Shown: positions 44,098-49,682 of the stretch, one piece after another
How positions within the stretch are numbered: position 1 is the first letter of the stretch
Layout of the letters: every line of letters starts with the position of its first letter
From: an uncultured Bacilli bacterium
Lineage (GTDB): Bacteria; Bacillota_I; Bacilli_A; RF39; UBA660
Direction of reading: 5' to 3'
DNA: 49,682 nucleotides
Assembly (NCBI GenBank): GCA_947624145.1
Contig: CANQIU010000001.1
Coordinates: 1 to 49,682 of the forward strand
Made by a program: the position numbers and the translations under genes
The notes under the pieces: model-generated
The model's database searches: none
What the model was told of the DNA's origin: nothing
The model's input: only the letters and a program-made list of their open reading frames with translations

Positions 44098-44742
44098 TTA
44101 TAGACTCCCTTTACTTAAAACGAAAGGAACTGGGGAAATAAAAGTATAAGTTTGCTTAGTGATTGGCTGAACTATGACTAATTTAGTAGCATGAAGCATT
44201 AATCTTTTGGCTTTATTATGGTATAAACGATCACCTATAATAGGATGATTAATAAAAGCTAGTTGACATCTTATTTGATTTTTTCGCCCCGTTTCAATAT
44301 TAATTTTTAATAAAGATTTATTATTCTTTGCTTCGATAACTTCATAATTAGTTATAGCAAGTTTACCTAATCTTTTATTATTAGTTACATAAACTTGATG
44401 AGTCTTTGATTCTTGTAAATAATTAGTTAAAGTATCTTTTTCTTTAGGCATTATTCCTTCCACGATAGCATAATACTCCCTCACAAGACATAAATTATTC
44501 CAATCGTTTTGGAGCAAATACTTTAGTTTTTCATTCTTACTAAATAAAATTACACCGCTGGTGTCTTTATCTAGCCGATGGACTATAAAGATTTTATTAT
44601 GGGGATTTTGCTTTTTTACATATATTCTAGCCATACTATATAAGGTATTATTAGTTTTACCATCACTAATGGTAAGTAAACCGGCTGGTTTATTAACAAC
44701 TAAAAAGTCTTTATCTTCATATATAATATCTAATTTTTTCAT
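44098..44742 (-). CDS. RluA-family pseudouridine synthase
   Basis: HRLDKDTSGV catalytic motif and LVVNKPAG. ATG 44742 (MKKLDIIYED) lies 6 nt after GAGAGA and is preferred over track start 44760. The stop abuts the radical SAM start. Confidence 0.88.
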   Translation of the reverse strand: MKKLDIIYEDKDFLVVNKPAGLLTISDGKTNNTLYSMARIYVKKQNPHNKIFIVHRLDKDTSGVILFSKNEKLKYLLQNDWNNLCLVREYYAIVEGIMPKEKDTLTNYLQESKTHQVYVTNNKRLGKLAITNYEVIEAKNNKSLLKINIETGRKNQIRCQLAFINHPIIGDRLYHNKAKRLMLHATKLVIVQPITKQTYTFISPVPFVLSKGSL

Positions 44743-44778
44743 ATCTAATCTCTCATTCATTTACTATTTTTAAAAGTG

Positions 44779-44815
44779 AAAAAAACTTTATATTTGGCTC
44801 ATATAAAGTTTTTTT
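44779..44815 (-). terminator. rho-independent terminator after rpoC
   Basis: A-run-ACTTTATAT-ttggctc-ATATAAAGT-T-run: a 9-bp core stem extended by A/T pairs. Confidence 0.7.
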
Positions 44816-44819
44816 ATTT

Positions 44820-47800
44820 TTATGCTTCGTTAAATAAATCGTCTGCTTGTTCTTTGATATCTTCGTTGTCAATTAATTTTTCTTCTAAGACTTCAGAAGC
44901 ATCATCATCAAGTAAATCTTTTTCTAGTTCTAAGCTTATATCACTATATTGTTTATAACCGGTTCCGGCTGGAATAAGTTTACCAATAATAACGTTTTCC
45001 TTTAAGCCTTGAAGGTGATCAATTTTACCACGAATAGCCGCATCTGTTAAAACTCTTGTTGTTTCTTGGAATGAGGCTGCAGATAAGAATGAATCTGTTT
45101 CTAGTGAACTCTTTGTAATACCAAGCATAATTGGGTTACCTTTAGCAGGTACTTTGCCAGCTAAAATAACTGGTTTGTTGCCTTCGGTAAATTCTCTTAG
45201 AGAAACTGTTAAACCTTCGACAAATTCTGAATCCCCGGCATCCGTAATCCGAACTTTATTAATCATTCTCTTAACAATTATTTCAATATGTTTATCAGAA
45301 ATATCAACACCTTGAAGTTTATAAACCTTTTGAACTTCTTTTAAGATATATTCTTGAGCTGTTAATGGGTCAGTTACGGCGAGTAATTCTTTCGGAGCAA
45401 TAACACCTTCGGTTAATTTATCTCCAGCTTCAACTTTATCGCCAACACTAACTCGAACTTTCATATTGTAATTAGTCGTATGTTCTCGGCATCCAGCTTC
45501 ATTTTCAATCGTAATTATATGTTTGCCATTTTGTTCTTCAATGCCAATAACGGTTCCGGATACTTCGGCAATTGTGGCTTTTCCTTTTGGTGTTCGAGCT
45601 TCAAATAATTCTTCAACTCTTGGTAAACCTTGGGTAATATCATCACCTGTAGCAACACCACCGGTATGGAATGTTCGCATGGTAAGTTGGGTACCTGGTT
45701 CACCGATTGATTGAGCAGCCATAATACCAACGGCTTCGCCTCTTTCAACTAAATTACCGGTAGCAAGGTTACGTCCATAACATTTTTGGCAAACCCCATT
45801 ATTAGATTTACAAGTTAAAACACTACGAATTTCGACTTTCTTAATTCCGGCTTTTTGAATCTTGGCGACAATATTTTCGGTAATCATTTCTCCGGCTTCT
45901 AAAATAACTTCTTTAGTTTCTGGATCAACAATTTTCTTAGCTGCGAAACGACCTAAAATACGTTCTGATAATGGTTCAATAATGGAATTATCTTTATCAT
46001 TAAGTAAGTCATAAACCATAAGTCCTTGGGTTGAACCACAGTCATATTCTTTAACAATAATATCTTGCGCAACATCAACTAACCGTCTTGTTAAATAACC
46101 TGAATCGGCAGTTCTTAACGCTGTATCGGCATCTCCTTTTCGAGCCCCATGGGTTGATAAGAAGAATTCAGATACGCTTAAACCTTCAATAAATGATGAA
46201 GTAATCGGAATTTCCACGGTTGAACCATCTGGTTTAGCCATTAAGCCCCGCATTCCGGCTAGTTGGGTAAAGTTTGAAATACTACCCCGAGCTCCACTAT
46301 TCATCATCATGAATATTGGGTTATCAATATTATTTTCACTAATTGTTTTAAGTTCATCTTTAATTTCATCAGTTGCTGCATTCCAAACTTCAATAACACT
46401 ATTATATCTTTCCGTTTCCGTAATTAAACCTCTTTGATATTGTTTATTAACTTTTTCAACTTTAGCTTTAGCACGATCAATAATGTCTTGTTTTTTATCA
46501 CTACGAATAACATCCGCGATTGAAACAGTAATACCTGCAATAGTAGAATATTTAAAACCTAAGTCTTTAAGTTTATCAAGCATAATAGAAGTTTCCGTTG
46601 TCTTATATCTTTTGAAAACTTGGGCAATTAACTTCCCTAAAGTAGATTTAACAAACGGTTCATTTAAAGGCATCTTCGCTACTTCTTCTAAAATATTGGC
46701 ACCAGGAGCAATAAAGAATTTGCTAGGAGTCATTCCTTCAATATTATCTTTACTTCCTTCATTAACATATGGGAAAGTATCTGGTAAAATTTCATTAAAT
46801 TTAATTTTACCAACCGTTGTTACTAAATACATATTTTGTTGTTCTTCTGTAAATAATTTGTATTTAAATGTGCGAGCCGGAATGGCAATTCGCGTATGTA
46901 AAGTTATTTCTTTTCTTTCATAAGCCATTAAAGCTTCATTAGGATTTTTATAGACATGACCTTCATTTGGTTCTCCAGCATATTCAATTGTTAAATAATA
47001 GTTACCTAAAACCATGTCTTGGCTTGGTGTAACAATTGGTTTTCCATCCTTAGGGTTTAAGATATTATTAGCCCCAAGCATTAAAATTCTAGCTTCGGCT
47101 TTAGCTTCTTCCGATAAAGGAACATGGACAGCCATTTGGTCTCCATCGAAATCGGCATTAAATGCTGTACAAACTAATGGGTGTAATCGAATGGCTTTTC
47201 CCCCAACTAAAACTGGTTCAAAGGCTTGAATCCCCAGTCTATGTAAAGTTGGAGCCCGGTTAAGTAAGATAGGATATTCAGTTATAACATCTTCGACAAT
47301 ATCCCAAATAGATTCATCACGAGCTTCAATTAATTTTTTAGCTCCTTTAATGTTATGAGCTAAACCTCGTTCAACAATACCATTAATAACATGAGGTTTA
47401 AATAATTCAATAGCCATTTCTTTTGGTAAACCACATTGATACATTTTTAAGTTTGGTCCAACAACGATAACTGAACGACCTGAATAGTCAACTCTTTTAC
47501 CAAGTAAGTTTTGACGGAAACGACCTTGTTTACCTTTTAACATACTTGATAAACTTTTTAAAGGTCTATTACTTGCTGCCGTAATACTTCTTCCTCTTCG
47601 ACCATTATCTAAAAGACTATCAACAGCTTCTTGAAGCATTCTTTTTTCATTTTGAACAATGATGGTTGGCGCACCTAATTCAAGTAATTTCTTTAAACGA
47701 TTATTCCGATTGATAATACGGCGATATAAATCATTTAAATCACTTGTGGCAAAACGACCACCATCTAGTTGAATCATTGGTCTAAGTTCTGGAGGAATAA

Positions 47801-48497
47801 CTGGTAAAACATCTAAAACCATCCATTCTGGACGATTACCCGATTCTTGGAAAGCAACAAGGCAGTCTAATCTTTTAACTAAACGAATTCTTTTTTGACC
47901 AGTTGCATTTTCTAATTCTTTTCTTAAATTTTCAACTTCTTTATCAATATCAACTAAGCTTAATAATTCTTTAATAGCTTCAGCTCCCATACCTACTTTA
48001 AAACTATTACCATATTTTTCATAATAAGCCCGATATTCTTTATCAGATAAAATTTGTTTTCTTTCTAAAGGCGCATTGCCGGGATCAATTACCACATATG
48101 ATACAAAGTATAAAACTTCTTCTAAATCTCTTGGACTCATATCAAGAACTAGACCCATTTTTGATGGAACACCTTTAAAGAACCAAATATGGGAACATGG
48201 AGCGGCAAGTTCAATATGCCCCATTCTTTCTCTTCGAACTTTAGAACGAGTTACTTCAACCCCACAACGGTCACAAACGATATTTTTATATCTTAATCTT
48301 TTGTATTTTCCACAACTACATTCAAAATCTTTGGTAGGTCCAAATATTTTTTCACAAAACAAACCATCTCTTTCAGGTTTTAATGTCCGATAGTTAATTG
48401 TTTCAGGCTTTTTAACTTCCCCATAAGACCAACTCCGAATCTTTTCGGGTGAAGCAATACTTATTTTAATTCCTTTAAATTTACTAACATCTATCAT
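44820..48497 (-). CDS. rpoC: DNA-directed RNA polymerase subunit beta'
   Basis: 1225 aa. N-terminal zinc ribbon ([23 protein letters not shown]) and NADFDGDQM active site. Confidence 0.98.
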   Translation of the reverse strand: MIDVSKFKGIKISIASPEKIRSWSYGEVKKPETINYRTLKPERDGLFCEKIFGPTKDFECSCGKYKRLRYKNIVCDRCGVEVTRSKVRRERMGHIELAAPCSHIWFFKGVPSKMGLVLDMSPRDLEEVLYFVSYVVIDPGNAPLERKQILSDKEYRAYYEKYGNSFKVGMGAEAIKELLSLVDIDKEVENLRKELENATGQKRIRLVKRLDCLVAFQESGNRPEWMVLDVLPVIPPELRPMIQLDGGRFATSDLNDLYRRIINRNNRLKKLLELGAPTIIVQNEKRMLQEAVDSLLDNGRRGRSITAASNRPLKSLSSMLKGKQGRFRQNLLGKRVDYSGRSVIVVGPNLKMYQCGLPKEMAIELFKPHVINGIVERGLAHNIKGAKKLIEARDESIWDIVEDVITEYPILLNRAPTLHRLGIQAFEPVLVGGKAIRLHPLVCTAFNADFDGDQMAVHVPLSEEAKAEARILMLGANNILNPKDGKPIVTPSQDMVLGNYYLTIEYAGEPNEGHVYKNPNEALMAYERKEITLHTRIAIPARTFKYKLFTEEQQNMYLVTTVGKIKFNEILPDTFPYVNEGSKDNIEGMTPSKFFIAPGANILEEVAKMPLNEPFVKSTLGKLIAQVFKRYKTTETSIMLDKLKDLGFKYSTIAGITVSIADVIRSDKKQDIIDRAKAKVEKVNKQYQRGLITETERYNSVIEVWNAATDEIKDELKTISENNIDNPIFMMMNSGARGSISNFTQLAGMRGLMAKPDGSTVEIPITSSFIEGLSVSEFFLSTHGARKGDADTALRTADSGYLTRRLVDVAQDIIVKEYDCGSTQGLMVYDLLNDKDNSIIEPLSERILGRFAAKKIVDPETKEVILEAGEMITENIVAKIQKAGIKKVEIRSVLTCKSNNGVCQKCYGRNLATGNLVERGEAVGIMAAQSIGEPGTQLTMRTFHTGGVATGDDITQGLPRVEELFEARTPKGKATIAEVSGTVIGIEEQNGKHIITIENEAGCREHTTNYNMKVRVSVGDKVEAGDKLTEGVIAPKELLAVTDPLTAQEYILKEVQKVYKLQGVDISDKHIEIIVKRMINKVRITDAGDSEFVEGLTVSLREFTEGNKPVILAGKVPAKGNPIMLGITKSSLETDSFLSAASFQETTRVLTDAAIRGKIDHLQGLKENVIIGKLIPAGTGYKQYSDISLELEKDLLDDDASEVLEEKLIDNEDIKEQADDLFNEA

Positions 48498-48505
48498 TTT
48501 TTCAC

Positions 48506-49682
48506 CTACTTTTCATCATCCATATCATCTATTAAGGCTTCGTCACCAGGAAATTCTAAATCATCTAAATCAGTTTCTTCTTCCTCTTCTTCTTCAAAAG
48601 CTAAGTCATCAGCAACAGGTTCTTCTAATTCTTCCTCTTCTGGAGTCGAAACTTCAATTTCATCAATTCTAAACGCATCGTTATCATCGTCATCTTCTTC
48701 AATATCTTTAAATTCGATAACTTCATCATCGTTATTAATAACTTGAACATCTAAGCCTAAAGCTTGGAATTCTTTAACTAAAACGCGGAATGATTCAGGA
48801 ACGCCAGCTTGATTAATTACTTTACCCTTAACAAGGGATTCATATACTTTAACACGGCCAACGATATCATCGGCTTTAACTGTTAAGATTTCTTGTAAGA
48901 CATGGCTTGCACCATAAGCATATAAGGCCCAAACTTCCATTTCCCCAAATCTTTGGCCACCAAATTGGGCTTTACCACCTAAAGGTTGTTGGGTAACTAA
49001 AGAATAAGGTCCCGTTGCCCGAGCATGAAGTTTATCATCAACCATGTGGTGTAATTTAACCATATACATTGTTCCAACATTTATGCGGTGATCAAAAGCT
49101 TCACCGGTCCGGCCATCATATAATGTGACTTTGCCATCTTCGCTCATTCCCGCTTCGCGCATTTCTTCGGAAATATCTTCCCAAGTTGCACTATCGAAAA
49201 CTGGAGTAGCATAATGAACACCTAATTTTTTACCAGCCATTCCTAAATGTAATTCTAAGATTTGCCCAATGTTCATTCGGGATGGAACACCTAAAGGGTT
49301 AAGCATGACATCAACCGGACGTCCATCAGGTAAGTAAGGCATATCTTCTTCTGGTAAAATTAAAGATATAACCCCTTTATTACCATGCCGACCACTCATC
49401 TTATCGCCAACTTGAATTTTTCTTTTTTGAATAATATAAACTCTAATTACTTTAGATACACCAGCTGGAAGTTCATCAGAATTTTCTTTGGTATAAACTT
49501 TAATATCATGAACAATACCACCAGCTCCATGTTCTACTCTTAAAGATGTATCTCTTACTTCTCTTGTTTTTTCACCAAATATGGCATGTAATAGTTTTTC
49601 TTCACTAGTTAATTCTTGCATACCTTTTGGAGTTACTTTACCAACTAGGATATCGCCTTCTTTAACTTCAGTACCAATTCTT
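48506..49682 (-). CDS. rpoB: DNA-directed RNA polymerase subunit beta (C-terminal part; the N-terminus lies beyond the window edge)
   Basis: The frame stays open to the window end. Conserved [27 protein letters not shown] and [13 protein letters not shown] blocks, followed by an acidic tail. Confidence 0.97.
   Translation of the reverse strand, partial: RIGTEVKEGDILVGKVTPKGMQELTSEEKLLHAIFGEKTREVRDTSLRVEHGAGGIVHDIKVYTKENSDELPAGVSKVIRVYIIQKRKIQVGDKMSGRHGNKGVISLILPEEDMPYLPDGRPVDVMLNPLGVPSRMNIGQILELHLGMAGKKLGVHYATPVFDSATWEDISEEMREAGMSEDGKVTLYDGRTGEAFDHRINVGTMYMVKLHHMVDDKLHARATGPYSLVTQQPLGGKAQFGGQRFGEMEVWALYAYGASHVLQEILTVKADDIVGRVKVYESLVKGKVINQAGVPESFRVLVKEFQALGLDVQVINNDDEVIEFKDIEEDDDDNDAFRIDEIEVSTPEEEELEEPVADDLAFEEEEEEETDLDDLEFPGDEALIDDMDDEK

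Noticed and set aside
7028-44773. Other plus-strand track ORFs antisense to minus-strand genes (7028-7243, 18717-18971, 27854-28114, 34704-34886, 36252-36464, 41586-41831, 44561-44773)
   Set aside because: Each is fully embedded antisense in a well-supported gene (fda, tex, XRE regulator, small membrane protein, ezrA, M16, rluA). They lack RBSs and have S/L/K-rich low-complexity translations.
44776-48393. Track ORFs overlapping rpoC (44776-44958+, 45515-45748-, 45523-45714+, 46483-46923+, 47014-47229+, 48076-48393+)
   Set aside because: All lie inside the unambiguous rpoC reading frame, antisense or out of frame. They give low-complexity S/L/I-rich translations. They are shadow ORFs of the kind long genes often produce.
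48506-48720. Very acidic C-terminal tail of RpoB (EEDDDDND...[12 protein letters not shown]...) as a possible novelty
   Set aside because: From memory, RpoB of other Bacillota, including B. subtilis, also ends in an acidic low-complexity tail. I treat it as lineage variation, not a separate feature.
1-49682. Alternative genetic code (TGA = Trp, Mollicutes-like), suggested by the extreme AT richness
   Set aside because: Housekeeping ORFs such as rpoC, ponA, tex and thiI are full length under the standard code. Trp is encoded by TGG (for example FWNWF in ponA). There are no unexplained gaps that would close by reading through TGA.
1-49682. CRISPR arrays, IS elements, transposases, rRNA
   Set aside because: I saw no regularly spaced direct repeats, no terminal inverted repeats flanking a transposase-like ORF, and no rRNA-like sequence. 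All intergenic regions of 100 nt or more were read individually.

Overview
Very AT-rich chromosomal segment from a low-GC, peptidoglycan-containing Bacillota lineage (Bacilli/Erysipelotrichia-like). It uses the standard genetic code, since the long ORFs are not interrupted by TGA. I count about 46 protein genes, almost all on the minus strand, plus one tRNA-Leu(CAA).

Much of the window is housekeeping sequence in blocks syntenic with Bacillus subtilis:
- recU-ponA divergent from nth-dnaD-cca
- class I aldolase fda
- scpA-scpB
- tex
- thiI-nifZ ... ezrA ... rpsD
- an M16 peptidase pair
- rpoB (partial) and rpoC

Lineage-specific, mostly envelope-associated genes with no recognisable family sit between these blocks:
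- A YfhO plus second GT-C-like membrane enzyme pair.
- Three membrane-anchored proteins between tex and scpAB.
- An 856-aa membrane-anchored protein with an HExxH motif, flanked by two proteins with paralogous N-terminal anchors.
- A secreted DNA/RNA nuclease.
- A stand-alone AAA/DUF4143 ATPase.
- A membrane-tethered XRE regulator next to a fused MacB-type ABC exporter.
- An orphan HipA-like kinase with its own promoter and terminators.
- A compact radical-SAM (Twitch/SPASM-like) gene co-oriented and tightly packed with an RluA-family synthase, a dGTPase-like HD protein and the M16 pair.

Non-coding signals I can support:
- A near-consensus CIRCE operator overlapping the hsp20 promoter.
- A structured rpsD leader.
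- A 14-nt tandem direct repeat upstream of rpsD.
- A perfect 16-bp inverted repeat upstream of the ATPase gene.
- A candidate type-I-TA-like small peptide/antisense locus beside the tRNA.
- About a dozen rho-independent terminators.

I saw no CRISPR array, integrase, transposase or rRNA. No complete, known defence or mobile system is recognisable. The best candidates for something undescribed are the orphan HipA-like gene, the rSAM/HD/M16 operon, the 19.7-25.6 kb envelope block, and the ATPase/XRE/ABC block. All of these rest on motif and context inference only.
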